This document shows, one piece after another, positions 8,943-18,717 of a stretch of 64,000 nt of DNA. A program made the translations under genes and the position numbers. The DNA lies in IMG/VR virus record IMGVR_UViG_3300043219_000566, positions 1 through 64,000 of that record; one strand, given 5' to 3'. The first letter of the stretch is position 1, and each line of letters starts with the position of its first letter. The notes under the pieces were generated by a model. That model saw only the letters and a list, made by a program, of their open reading frames with translations. It was not told where the DNA came from and did no database searches.

Positions 8943-10462
8943 AACGCGCTTTTCCGAATCGGGTGTCTACAACCGGACGGCGCGCTCAACATGGGCGAGT
9001 GACTGAAGCAGAACGGCGCGCTAGTATTCGGCGGGTAACTGGGCACTCACGGCACGCTATCGTATGTTGGGTAACTAGGGTTCGGCGGCGCGCTTGTGCA
9101 AGTCGGGTGGCTACGTCCGGCCGACACGCTGACGTACAACGGATGACTGGCATCGCGAGGCGCGCTGCTGATCAATGGGGGGCTATCTCGGTATGGCACG
9201 CTAACCCGCTTCGGGTGTGACTTGCCGCGATCGGCGCGCTTCAACCATCTGGGTGACTGTTGCTATTCGGCGCGCTCTGACCCCACGAGTAACTCACACA
9301 CTCCGACACGCTCAGCTCATTCGGGTGACTGGCCGGATACGGCGCGCTGACGTTCACCGGATAACTAACATAAGGCGACACGCTTAGCTTGAGCGGGTGA
9401 CTAATCGGGGCTGGCGCGCTACGCCCGGAAGGTTAACTTTCTTGTCGCGGCACGCTGGGGACAAGCGGATGACTCGTTCTCACCGGCGCGCTAACTTGTC
9501 TAGGGTAACTGGGTCCGATCGGCACGCTAGCGTACAACGGTTGGCTCAGCCGATTCGGCCCGCTCATGCAGCTCGGAGGGCTAACCTGTAGCGGCGCGCT
9601 CTGGTGAACAGGGTGACTAATACTGGACGGCGCGCTTGGGCGACTCGGGAGACTAGATCCAAAACGGCACACTCATTCTCGTCGGGCAACTCCGGGTAAT
9701 CCGGCGCGCTTTCGAGCTAAGGGTAACTACACGAGTACGGCACGCGAATGTAACGCGGGTAACTGCTCCGCTGCGGCACGCTGCGGCACTGTGGGTAGCT
9801 TGATCGGCCTGGCACGCTTGGGCGACTCGGGCGACTGAAGTTGAGCGACACGCTGCGCCAGTACGGATGACTATATTCGTATGGCGCGCTGTTCACTGAC
9901 AGAGAGCTAAAACTGGTCAGCACGCTGCGCCAGTACGGATGTCTTGACACGTTCGGCACGCTGTTCCATCGCGGGTTACTATCCGTTGCAGGCGCGCTCT
10001 GCCTCCTAGGGTGACTGCCGCATGATGGCACGCTCCAACTACGCGGAGGACTACGTTGAAACGGCGCGCTATTGTGGTCTGGATAACTTCCACTATACGG
10101 CACGCTCCCACGACACGGGTAACTGTCCCACTCCGGCACGCTACCGCGTATAGGGTGACTTTCATCGACCGGCACGCTCAGTTTGCACGGATGTCTAATC
10201 TGCGCTAGCACGCTCCTGTTCCCCGGATGACTGGATACGTCCGGCACGCTTCTTCGCTTCGAGTTACTGTCAGCCGCAGGCACGCTACGTATTTCCGGGT
10301 AGCTAGTTTCGCACGGCACGCTCGTTCTTGCTGGATAACTCTCCTGTTCTGGCACGCTCCTGCGTCCAGGGTAACTTAGTCTGCGCGGCGCGCTCTGTTT
10401 CCGCGGATGACTGTTTCGCGACGGCGCGCTAAAACACTTCGGGTAACTGCCGTTCAGCGGCA
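8943..10462 (-). ncRNA. TIGR-like array, downstream half (about 42 units of 36 nt)
   Basis: Plus strand GG(C/A)(A/G)CGCT + 10 nt + GG(G/A)T(A/G)ACT + 10 nt, with a 36-nt period (9015, 9051, 9087 ... 10387, 10423). Minus strand reads AGYGYGCC(R)-N9-AGYYAYCC(R)-N9. Orientation is inferred from the co-oriented Nop-domain gene. Confidence 0.85.
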
Positions 10463-10474
10463 ACACACACACAA

Positions 10475-10501
10475 GGAGCCTGCGCGAATCGCGCAGGCTC
10501 C
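10475..10501 (-). terminator. 12-bp hairpin after the tasA stop (terminator or processing stem)
   Basis: GGAGCCTGCGCG-AAT-CGCGCAGGCTCC, followed on the minus strand by TTGTGTGTGTG rather than a U-tract. Confidence 0.5.
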
Positions 10502-10519
10502 CTGCATGGGCAGACAAAT

Positions 10520-11644
10520 CTACGCAGCCGCGCTGTCGCCGTGCTGCAGCTTGCGGTCCTGGTACGACGGGAAGACCGGCAGGCCTTCCAGCTTACGCCA
10601 CTGGCAGTAGAGATCCTTCAGGAACATCTTGACCATGTAACGCACCGACATCTGGTACCGACGGGCCGCACTGGTGATGTAGTGCAGCTTCCCGTCCTTA
10701 CCCTCTGCCTGCTTGCCATCGTTGTGCGTCCCGTACTGCTCGTGGTTGTTCATACGGTGCCGGTAATTGTAGTAGACCCGCGCGTACGAATCCTCCGGGC
10801 TGACCAGCACTTGCTTGCGCGGCCGCTTCCGGCGGTTCTTCTCGTCCTCGCGGCCCCAGAGCGTCGCGCCACAGACCGTCCACGTTCCTTCGACCTTGCG
10901 CTCCAGACAGCTCTTGATCCTCCGGACAACCTCGGGGGCCTCCTCGTACGTCCGCTCGTCGCAGTAATCCCACTTGCCCACCTTCAGCAAGTTGGGACCG
11001 AGCACGCCCATGAGCTTCGTCTTCAGCCACGGGTTGTACGTGACGCTGAGCCGCGTCACCTTATTGCCCGCATGGTTGGTGTACTCCCGATCAACCAGAT
11101 GCTCCTTGCGCTTGGAGCGCCCGCGGTGGTCTCCGGCGACATCGAGCCCAGCGTACTTCCACAGGCTAGACGCATACCTGGCCTTGCGGATGTCGAACTC
11201 GCTGATGATCACCGCTGCCGCAACTTCCCCGATCCCGTCGATCGAGTTCAGCCACGGCCAGATGGAGCACTCGCTCAACAGCGCAGGCAGCGATTTGACC
11301 AGCTCCTTCTCGGCCGCAAGCAAGCTGTCGAGTACCCCGAGCAGCGCCTTCTCCGCCCCGGTGGCGATCAGGCCCTCGCCCTCTTCGAGCGGAAGTTCGC
11401 TCGCCGCCGCATCCGAAAGCCGCTTGCAGCTCTCGCGGAGCGCCGCAAGGTACTCCAAGCTCTGCTTGCTCAGCTCCTTCTCGGCCTTGCCGGGTTCTTG
11501 CCCCAGCTTGAACTTGATCTCCCCCACCAGCCGGTTGCTGCACGCGATCCGCAAACGTTGCGCATCGTCGCGACCCCGGACCGCCAGGCGAACTGCTCGC
11601 CGGAAGAGATCGAAAGGGTCAATGTCTCTTACAGATGCTACCAT
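10520..11644 (-). CDS. tasA: TasA-like Nop-domain protein (IS110/Nop5-related, no recognisable RuvC or HNH domain), 374 aa
   Basis: Start MVASVRD at ATG 11644 after AGGAG. Coiled coil RDDAQRLRIACSNRL; Nop/IS110 C-terminal motif IWPWLNSIDGIGEVAAAVIISEFDIRKARYASSLWKYAGL...YNPWLKTKLMGVLG...RYMVKMFLKDLYCQWRKLEG. Flanked on both sides by 36-nt dual-repeat arrays. Confidence 0.8.
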   Translation of the reverse strand: MVASVRDIDPFDLFRRAVRLAVRGRDDAQRLRIACSNRLVGEIKFKLGQEPGKAEKELSKQSLEYLAALRESCKRLSDAAASELPLEEGEGLIATGAEKALLGVLDSLLAAEKELVKSLPALLSECSIWPWLNSIDGIGEVAAAVIISEFDIRKARYASSLWKYAGLDVAGDHRGRSKRKEHLVDREYTNHAGNKVTRLSVTYNPWLKTKLMGVLGPNLLKVGKWDYCDERTYEEAPEVVRRIKSCLERKVEGTWTVCGATLWGREDEKNRRKRPRKQVLVSPEDSYARVYYNYRHRMNNHEQYGTHNDGKQAEGKDGKLHYITSAARRYQMSVRYMVKMFLKDLYCQWRKLEGLPVFPSYQDRKLQHGDSAAA

Positions 11645-11690
11645 GGTACTTCTCCTGTGTGTGTGAATGAAACAATGTCTTCTTTCAAAG

Positions 11691-14300
11691 AAGACGCTTT
11701 TCTCAGTCGAGCAACTAGTGCTCGTCGGCACGCTTTGTTTTTCCGGATGTCTGGCCCTCGGCAGCGCGCTCCTTTTGCACGGATAACTACCTTCACTCGG
11801 CACGCTGTAGTCATCTGGATGTCTCGGCTCCGGCGGCGCGCTTAGTTACTCTGGGGGTCTAAGACCTAACGACACGCTAATTGCTGCTGGGAGACTTGTT
11901 CGTGACGGCGCGCTAGTCCCTTCTGGGTAGCTGTTTCGTGACGGCGCTCTATTAGTCCGTGGGTGGCTGCGTCTTCTCGGATCGCTAGGAGCGCGCGGAT
12001 GACTATCACGATACGGCGCGCTGAATCCCTACGGATGACTACCCGATCAAGGCGCGCTAGACGTCCACGAGTAGCTGTCACAAAGCGGCACGCTGCTGCT
12101 ACACGGATAACTAAATGCGGCAGGCGCGCTGTTCAAACATGGGTGGCTAGGGCGTGTTGGCGCGCTCAGGGCCTCTGGATTACTAAACGTTTCCGGCACG
12201 CTGTACGTCAACGGAAGACTCGTGTGATGCGGCACGCTGGGGCAATGCGGATGACTAACCAGGGCTGGCTCGCTCTCTTGTCATGGAGATCTAGGATGGA
12301 ACGGCACGCTCTGTCTTTCCGGGTGACTACCGCCGATTGGCGCGCTACTTCATCCTGGGTGACTGGACTACGTCGGCACGCTGCACGTTCGTGGGCAACT
12401 GGTGGATTGCGGCGCGCTCCGACTCACTGGGTAACTATCACCTGGTGGCGCGCTGGGGCAATCTGGGTGACTCGCACGATACGGCGGGTACGCGGCACGC
12501 TGAACTCGGCCGGGTGACTCATCAGGGACGGCACGCTCTTTTGTCGTGGGGATCTAGGCTGGAACGGCGCGCTCGGCCTTTCCGGGTGGCTGCGGTCGCG
12601 TGGCACGCTAAATCTAGGCGGGTATCTGGCCAAAAATGGCGCGCTTATGCAGCCCGGGTGGCTGACATTGCTCGGCACGCTGTACCTCAACGGAGATCTT
12701 TGTGAACGTGGCACGCTTATACGACACGGATGACTCTGGGTATGCGGCACGCTGAACTTGAGCGGGTGTCTCGCCCCGGTTGGCACGCTCCATCGTCCAG
12801 GGTGACTGGCGCGACATGGCACGCTGCACTTCTGCGGTTGTCTCCAGTCGCTTGGCGCGCTAGTCTTCTGCGGGCAACTTTAGTCGCACGACACGCTAGT
12901 CCCGCCTGGGTAACTCCGCCTTTTTGGCACGCTGGAGGAAGCTGGATGTCTACCTCGCCGCGGCACGCTAATTCCGAACGGGCGACTTATGACGCGCGGC
13001 ACGCTCCGCCCCGGCGGTTGACTGCGACTCCTTCGGCACGCTCAAGCGGTACGGGTTGCTGAGCGAACTAGGCGCGCTTTCGCGGAACGGGTGACTGTGA
13101 CTGTACGACACGCTCCGCTCGCTTGGATAGCTCCTTCTGTGCGGCGCGCTACGGTTGTTCGGGTGACTGCCACGATACGGCGCGCAAAGGCCCCTCGGGT
13201 GGCTGGCCAAAGACGGCGCGCTGGGACGGCTCGGGTGACTTAGTGGAGCTGGCGCGCTTATTGTGCGCGGAAGACTAACGCGACATGGCGCGCTCGTACG
13301 GTACGGGTGGCTATTTCGGAGCGGCACGCTAGGGTGACAAAGGAGACTTTGCTCACTCGGCGCGCTCATTCGATACGGGTGACTGAGCAAGCTAGGCGCG
13401 CTCTAAACAAGCGGTTGTCTCGTCCTGCTCGGCGCGCTGTAACCTGTCCGGGTGACTACCGCTTGTCGGCGCGCTCACTGCTTCTGGGTAACTGCCGTTT
13501 CTCGGCACGCTGAGTAGACGCGGGTAACTACCGCCTGCAGGCGCGCTATCGCTGACCGGATGACTCGGATGGAACGGCGCGCTGTGCACGTTTGGGCAAC
13601 TATTTCCGCATGGCACGCTGCACAAGCTCGGGTAGCTCGCATCATGCGGCACGCTGGTTCCTGACGGGTAGCTTGCAAGCTCAGGCGCGCTGCGCTCGCA
13701 CGGGTGACTTCTCCGCTGTGGCACGCTTTTGTCGTACGGATGACTTCTATCCTCCGGCGCGCTGATATTCTGCGGGTAGCTAACGGATGACGGCGCGCCT
13801 TCGCCGACTGGGTAACTAACGTGATACGGCACGCTGACTTCTGCTGGGCAACTTTCGACATACGGCACGCTCGACCAGCGCGGGTGTCTTGTAGCGCGTG
13901 GCGCGCTTTCTTCCCGCAGATGACTGTGCTGGTACGGCGCGCTATCTCCTTCAGGGGTGGCTAGAGCGATGCGGCACGCTATTACGGAACGGGTAACTCG
14001 GCCTAATTGGCGCACTGGACCGACACGGGTAGCTCGTGGCACGCGGTACGCTTATGTCCTACGGGTGTCTGGCATCTCACGACACGCTGTTCTTGCAAGG
14101 ATGACTTCCGCCAGACGGCGCGCTAAGTTGTCCCGAGTGGCTTCTATTGGACGGCGCGCTCGGCTGGCTCGGGTGACTGACAATGGACAGCACGCTAACT
14201 TCGTCGGGGTGACTGAGTTTCCACGGCGCGCTAATTGTGCCCGGATGACTAGCGTTGGACGGCACGCTGTAATCCAACGGGTAACTCCACTACTACGGCG
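11691..14300 (-). ncRNA. TIGR-like array, upstream half (about 72 units of 36 nt plus one truncated unit)
   Basis: Same alternating GGCRCGCT / GGRTRACT 8-mers with 10-nt variable gaps from 11691 to 14297; a few 37-nt units and a partial unit at 12483-12493. Confidence 0.85.
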
Positions 14301-15162
14301 TCGATCGAATCCGGTTGAGCATCTCCGACAAGTCGACTAGCCCAACCGCGCCATCACCGTCGGAATCGTACTCATCGTTCATCTCGCCGTAAACCGACAG
14401 CAACCCCGCAAGATCCGCCAGCGTAGCCGGAGCGCTCTCAATGATGATGATCGAACAACCGCGCCGCCCGGCAAGCAAGTTCCACCCACCATACTGTTCG
14501 TCGTAGATGGCGCTGTGTGAGTACATGTTGAACGAGAGCGGAATCTCGATCGTAGAGTTCGGCGCTATAGCAAGCGCCTCGAAGTGAAGCGTGTCGATCA
14601 ATAGGCCAGCCGGAGTTGCCTCTGGGAACGGACCCATACTGGCCCAGGCCTGGTAATCAGCAGTTCCATCCTCGTTGGTGTTGTTGATGCCGCCCAGCCC
14701 GCTGTCCGGCGGAAACCCCTGGAACATCCATTGACCACCGGACGTAGGATCAGGCGGCCAAGCCCCACCCTCGCCAACCAGCCGCAGCTCAGTCGGGTCC
14801 CACTGCAACAAGCAGTCGAGCAGGCAAAACGGTTCGTTCTGCCCAACCGCGAAGATGTGCACGTCGACGATGTCGCCTACGTGCCTCGTCTCGGCAGTGC
14901 AGCGTAGTTCAAGATCGACCGGAAGGTTGGCATTGGCCGGAACATCGTAGGCGAACACCGCGGTTGCAAAGGGCTCGTCGGTGCCCCACTCGTTGTCGTC
15001 CACCGCGTACAGCTCAACATAGACAGTGTCGCCTATTTCCGCGGCAGGAGTTTCAGTCCGCAGATCCAAATCAATAACCCGCCAGTCTTGAGCTTGCGCG
15101 CAGCAAACCGCCGCAACAGCTAGCACTGATGCAACCAGCGCCATTTTCCAAATCCGGGACAT
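14293..15162 (-). CDS. secreted protein with cohesin-like domain(s) and C-terminal dockerin/EF-hand-like motif
   Basis: Signal peptide ending AAVCCAQA; HVGDIVDVHIFAV...LQWDPTELRLVG; C-terminal LADLAGLLSVYG...YDSDGDGAVGLVDLSEML. Confidence 0.6.
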   Translation of the reverse strand: MSRIWKMALVASVLAVAAVCCAQAQDWRVIDLDLRTETPAAEIGDTVYVELYAVDDNEWGTDEPFATAVFAYDVPANANLPVDLELRCTAETRHVGDIVDVHIFAVGQNEPFCLLDCLLQWDPTELRLVGEGGAWPPDPTSGGQWMFQGFPPDSGLGGINNTNEDGTADYQAWASMGPFPEATPAGLLIDTLHFEALAIAPNSTIEIPLSFNMYSHSAIYDEQYGGWNLLAGRRGCSIIIIESAPATLADLAGLLSVYGEMNDEYDSDGDGAVGLVDLSEMLNRIRSTP

Positions 15163-15207
15163 GGCAAAATCTCCTTGTTTGACTAGAACAGCTACACGTT
15201 GGTCAGC

Positions 15208-15432
15208 TCACGCTAACACCGTCATCAGTTTATCGGACTGCAGCTTAGCGACCCGCTTTTCGTCGTCAAGAATCTCACGCCTGATGCGACGGATATTACG
15301 GCGCGCCCGAGCCAAGTTATCTTGCGCCCGGCGCAACTGCTCCTTCAGCTCCGATTGGCTGCCCAGATAATGCGCCGGGAGCCACGTTCCCTCCCGGTGC
15401 AGCAGCTGGACGCTCACCGCCGCAGCCTTCAT
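15208..15432 (-). CDS. small coiled-coil protein
   Basis: LKEQLRRAQDNLARARRNIRRIRREILDDEKRV. Confidence 0.4.
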   Translation of the reverse strand: MKAAAVSVQLLHREGTWLPAHYLGSQSELKEQLRRAQDNLARARRNIRRIRREILDDEKRVAKLQSDKLMTVLA

Positions 15433-16168
15433 CAGATCTCTCCTTCCCCCCAGCCGTTTCAAAAGACATAAGCTCGAAGTTGCACGCACCGACGAAGAAA
15501 TCTCCTTCGCTCGCGTACTCGACATCGAGCACCACCCAGAACTTCGTTACGTCGTTCTTGGGGTCGGTATCGGTGCAATTGCCCCAGACCTGCAGGCTGC
15601 AGCCCTTCGCGTTGCAAGCCCCGCCGCCGCCGACGCAGAACGTGCGTAGAACGTCGGCTTGCAGATACTTCAGCACCCCGGCATCCGGCCCCAACGACAT
15701 GCAATGCGGCGGATAGTGCGTGTCCTCGACCGACATCCACAGCATGCCCGACATGACGTAGGTTCCCTGCTCGACCTTGATCGGAGAGCAGTCCATCCCG
15801 TACGAGAAACAACCGTCCTGGCCGCCGTTGAACTCGCAATCTCCGCAATCACCAACGCAGTCCGAGTCGTACTCGAAGTGGTAATCTACGCGCGGGTAAC
15901 CAGGGTACAGACCGATCTTGGCGTGCACTTCGGTAAGCACGCCCAGCGACACGCCCTGCTCGTGATCGTACAGAGGCACGTCGAAGTCCACGTACGTATA
16001 GACCACGCCGTCCTTGTTGAACTTGCTCAACGGAACAACGAACTCAGCGTAAGCGTCGCCGTTAATCACGAAAAACCGAAAAGCCCGCGCAGGATCGTCC
16101 AACGTCGGGCCGTCTGCCGCAGCGGAACACACTAGCAGCAGCGCGCAAAGTAGACTGACAAGATTCAT
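15317..16168 (-). CDS. secreted Cys-rich protein
   Basis: Signal peptide MNLVSLLCALLLVCSAAA; many Cys and acidic residues. Confidence 0.55.
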   Translation of the reverse strand: MNLVSLLCALLLVCSAAADGPTLDDPARAFRFFVINGDAYAEFVVPLSKFNKDGVVYTYVDFDVPLYDHEQGVSLGVLTEVHAKIGLYPGYPRVDYHFEYDSDCVGDCGDCEFNGGQDGCFSYGMDCSPIKVEQGTYVMSGMLWMSVEDTHYPPHCMSLGPDAGVLKYLQADVLRTFCVGGGGACNAKGCSLQVWGNCTDTDPKNDVTKFWVVLDVEYASEGDFFVGACNFELMSFETAGGKERSDEGCGGERPAAAPGGNVAPGALSGQPIGAEGAVAPGAR

Positions 16169-16203
16169 TCGGACATCTCCTGTGCACGCGCCTGAAAGCG
16201 CGG

Positions 16204-17463
16204 CTAGGGCCAATACGTCGGGTGCGGGCGGTGCGCCACGCGCACCAGGTGCAACCCGTCCACGAACCGAAAATTATGCCGGTGGCCGTAGTCTACCAAC
16301 CGCCCGGATTGCACAAAAGAAATGTCGGCAAAGGTCACGCCGCGCGTGCTGCCGTCGAGCCGAATGAAGGTCCGCGCCGCCCAGGCCTCGTCGTGCAGAC
16401 AGCTAATCTGGATGTTGTTCGTCCCGCCGCCCAGCACCTCGTTGTCCCCGGAATCGCCCAACACGAACACCGCGTCGAGCCCCCCGGCGGTCTTGGCCGA
16501 AACGTAGACGTCGCGAATCCAGAGCGAGTGCGTGCGCGAGCCCAACTTGAACACGTAGCGCTCGGCCGGATCGGAGCCCGGTGGTGCAAGATCGCACGCG
16601 AAGAAACAGCTGCCGTCGATCACGCCTCCGGCGTTGCTAACCGCCTCGCTCGCCCCGGGTGTAAAGCCCCCCGCAATCGGCCCGTGCGGCGACGTGATCC
16701 GATAGTCGTTGTACGCACTGGTATAGAACGCCCCGCCCTTTTTGCCGGAAAACCGAAAGTAGCTCGCATCCGTGATTCGGTAAACTTCGCAGCCGATATT
16801 GACCACGCACGCGCCGCCGTAGGGGTTGGCGTCACCGTACCTCCCGCGGATCTTGCAGTGCCTGACGATCACGCCTCCGGAGCCCGCCATCGCAGCCGAG
16901 CGCCCCAGCAAGATTCCGCAGCCCGGTGGGGTGTAGGCCTCGTCCGGCCGAATGATCAGCCCTTCGAGCGTCGCCCAGTTGGAGCTGGCCATATCGACCA
17001 CCGGCGCGGTCGCCAGCTGCGGTGGAAACTGCACGTGCGCCAGGTAGTTGTGCTCGAAGCGCAAGTTCGTGCGCCCGGCATGGCGGAAGTCCAGCGTCTG
17101 AGGCCAGACCGTGTACGGCACGTACGGCACGTAGATGTCGCCGCCCGCGCGCTTGGCCCGGATCTGGGACTGCACGAACCAGAACTCAAGGTACATCTCG
17201 CGCAGAATCTCGTCGGGCAACAGCCCCGCGGTGGAGCGGAACTGCTCGGCCCGCGCCCGCGCTTCCGGCGTCGTCGGCGACAGCCCCTCCTTCTCCAACT
17301 GCTCCAAGAACTCCTGGATAGCCTTGTCGGGCGCGGGCGCTTGCTCATGCGGAAGCGGTACCGCGACACGCGCGGGTGCCTGTGGCTTTGTCTGAGGCGC
17401 GGCCTTCGGCTGCGCGCAAGCCACCACAGCCAACAGCGGCAACAACAACCAAGCTCTGATCAT
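16204..17463 (-). CDS. secreted protein or lipoprotein, possible beta-helix (pectin-lyase-like) repeats
   Basis: MIRAWLLLPLLAVVACAQ signal; beta-repeat-like segments such as VIVRHCKIRG, LWIRDVYV, IQISCL, VTFADISF. Confidence 0.45.
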   Translation of the reverse strand: MIRAWLLLPLLAVVACAQPKAAPQTKPQAPARVAVPLPHEQAPAPDKAIQEFLEQLEKEGLSPTTPEARARAEQFRSTAGLLPDEILREMYLEFWFVQSQIRAKRAGGDIYVPYVPYTVWPQTLDFRHAGRTNLRFEHNYLAHVQFPPQLATAPVVDMASSNWATLEGLIIRPDEAYTPPGCGILLGRSAAMAGSGGVIVRHCKIRGRYGDANPYGGACVVNIGCEVYRITDASYFRFSGKKGGAFYTSAYNDYRITSPHGPIAGGFTPGASEAVSNAGGVIDGSCFFACDLAPPGSDPAERYVFKLGSRTHSLWIRDVYVSAKTAGGLDAVFVLGDSGDNEVLGGGTNNIQISCLHDEAWAARTFIRLDGSTRGVTFADISFVQSGRLVDYGHRHNFRFVDGLHLVRVAHRPHPTYWP

Positions 17464-17620
17464 CAGCTTTCTCCTTTTTGTCTTTCGCAACAACAGAAAC
17501 GCTCCGGCGGTGAGAAACGACCGCATTTCCCACACATGGTCCAATGCCCAGTAAATTTTCGATCGATCCAGCGCAGCCAGCGCCGCCACCACGAATTGCC
17601 AAGAATGATCTGCGGGTTGC

Positions 17621-18028
17621 TCATCGCTTGCCTCGCTTTCGCTTCTTGCGGTAGCGCGCTACGATCGTCTTACGCAACGCCGCAACCTGAGCCGCAGTCG
17701 CGCGCACGCCGTGCTGCTCCCAGGCCTCCAGCTCAGCCACTTTATCCCATAGCTCGTTCTCGACGTAGTAGACGAACCAGCCCTCGCGATCGATCTGGCG
17801 CGGGATCTGGTTGACCACCTTGATGCGCCGCTTGTCCGAAGCGTTCACGGAAAAATCGAGATCGATACCGAAAGTCTTGAGCACCCGGTGGGCCAAACCC
17901 CGCAGCTGCAGCTCACAAATCAGCTTAGTTGTATGGACCGGATCGTGCATCCCGGTGACGTGGCAATCCTCGATGTACAGCGCTTCCAACACCTTCTCGA
18001 CCGTAGGGATCTTCGGCGGTTTTATCAT
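17621..18028 (-). CDS. hypothetical protein
   Basis: 135-aa ORF with AGGAG RBS. Confidence 0.55.
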   Translation of the reverse strand: MIKPPKIPTVEKVLEALYIEDCHVTGMHDPVHTTKLICELQLRGLAHRVLKTFGIDLDFSVNASDKRRIKVVNQIPRQIDREGWFVYYVENELWDKVAELEAWEQHGVRATAAQVAALRKTIVARYRKKRKRGKR

Positions 18029-18081
18029 GCTTCATGACTCCTTTTCGTTCGCCGCGTCACGAAGCTCGTGAGCCGCGACGG

Positions 18082-18717
18082 CTACTGATGCCTGATGCCG
18101 AACTGCCGCTCCCGGGGCAACAACGACATAACTTCGATGGCAATATCGTCCAGCTCATCAACGATGTTCCAGCCGCCATATTCGTCATCGTAAGCGCCGG
18201 CGACGGTCCAAAGATCAAACTCATCATGTATGACGAGCGTGGTCGCCCCGACACCCACGGCTTCAAAGATGAACGTCGTCACGTAGGTCCCGGCCGAAGT
18301 TGCTATCGGCAACGGGTTCCAGTAATTCGGCCAGGCATGATAGTCGCAGTCCCCATCCTCAAAAACCACATTCCATCCACCCATTCCGGAATCATCCGGA
18401 AAACCGGTGAACATCCAGTCGTAGTCGATATCGTCGCAGGGCTCAGCGTAGCCGTCTGGCGGCCATTCGGTCTCGCAGACCACGCCAAGTAACCGCAGAA
18501 CCGCCGAATCCCAGCGCAGGGGCGTAGTGACCATTGAGAACGGCTCATCCGTGCCCTCCCCGTTGTCGGCCACCGCGTACAGATCAACATACACGGTGTC
18601 GCCCACCTGCACCGCCGCCGTATCCGTTCGCAGGTCAAGATCGATCACGCGCCACGACTGAGCCTTGGCGGCAGCCAAGCCGCAACCCAAAACCAGAACA
18701 AGTAGTACAGCTCGCAT
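18082..18717 (-). CDS. secreted cohesin-like protein, paralogue of 14293-15162
   Basis: QSWRVIDLDLRTDTAAVQVGDTVYVDLYAV..GTDEPF vs QDWRVIDLDLRTETPAAEIGDTVYVELYAV..GTDEPF; both also share GFPxDSGxGG and YDxxYGGWN. Confidence 0.7.
   Translation of the reverse strand: MRAVLLVLVLGCGLAAAKAQSWRVIDLDLRTDTAAVQVGDTVYVDLYAVADNGEGTDEPFSMVTTPLRWDSAVLRLLGVVCETEWPPDGYAEPCDDIDYDWMFTGFPDDSGMGGWNVVFEDGDCDYHAWPNYWNPLPIATSAGTYVTTFIFEAVGVGATTLVIHDEFDLWTVAGAYDDEYGGWNIVDELDDIAIEVMSLLPRERQFGIRHQ

Noticed and set aside
10520-11803. IS110 transposon, and the longer 427-aa start
   Set aside because: There is no N-terminal DEDD/RuvC domain, so it is not a transposase. The extra 53 aa are translated array sequence, and the RBS points to ATG 11644.
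9047-14277. ORFs with a 12-aa SxP...SxP period across the arrays (e.g. 9717-10517, 12968-13390, 13392-14042) and their plus-strand counterparts
   Set aside because: They are by-products of the 36-nt repeat. That frame has in-frame stops in spacers (e.g. TAA near 11845 and 12880, TGA near 14078) and is broken by 1-2 nt indels. The 266-aa open stretch after tas is somewhat long but has no RBS; translation is not excluded.
8943-14300. CRISPR array
   Set aside because: Repeats are two alternating 8-mers with 10-nt gaps, not 23-47 nt repeats with spacers of about 30 nt, and no cas genes are present.
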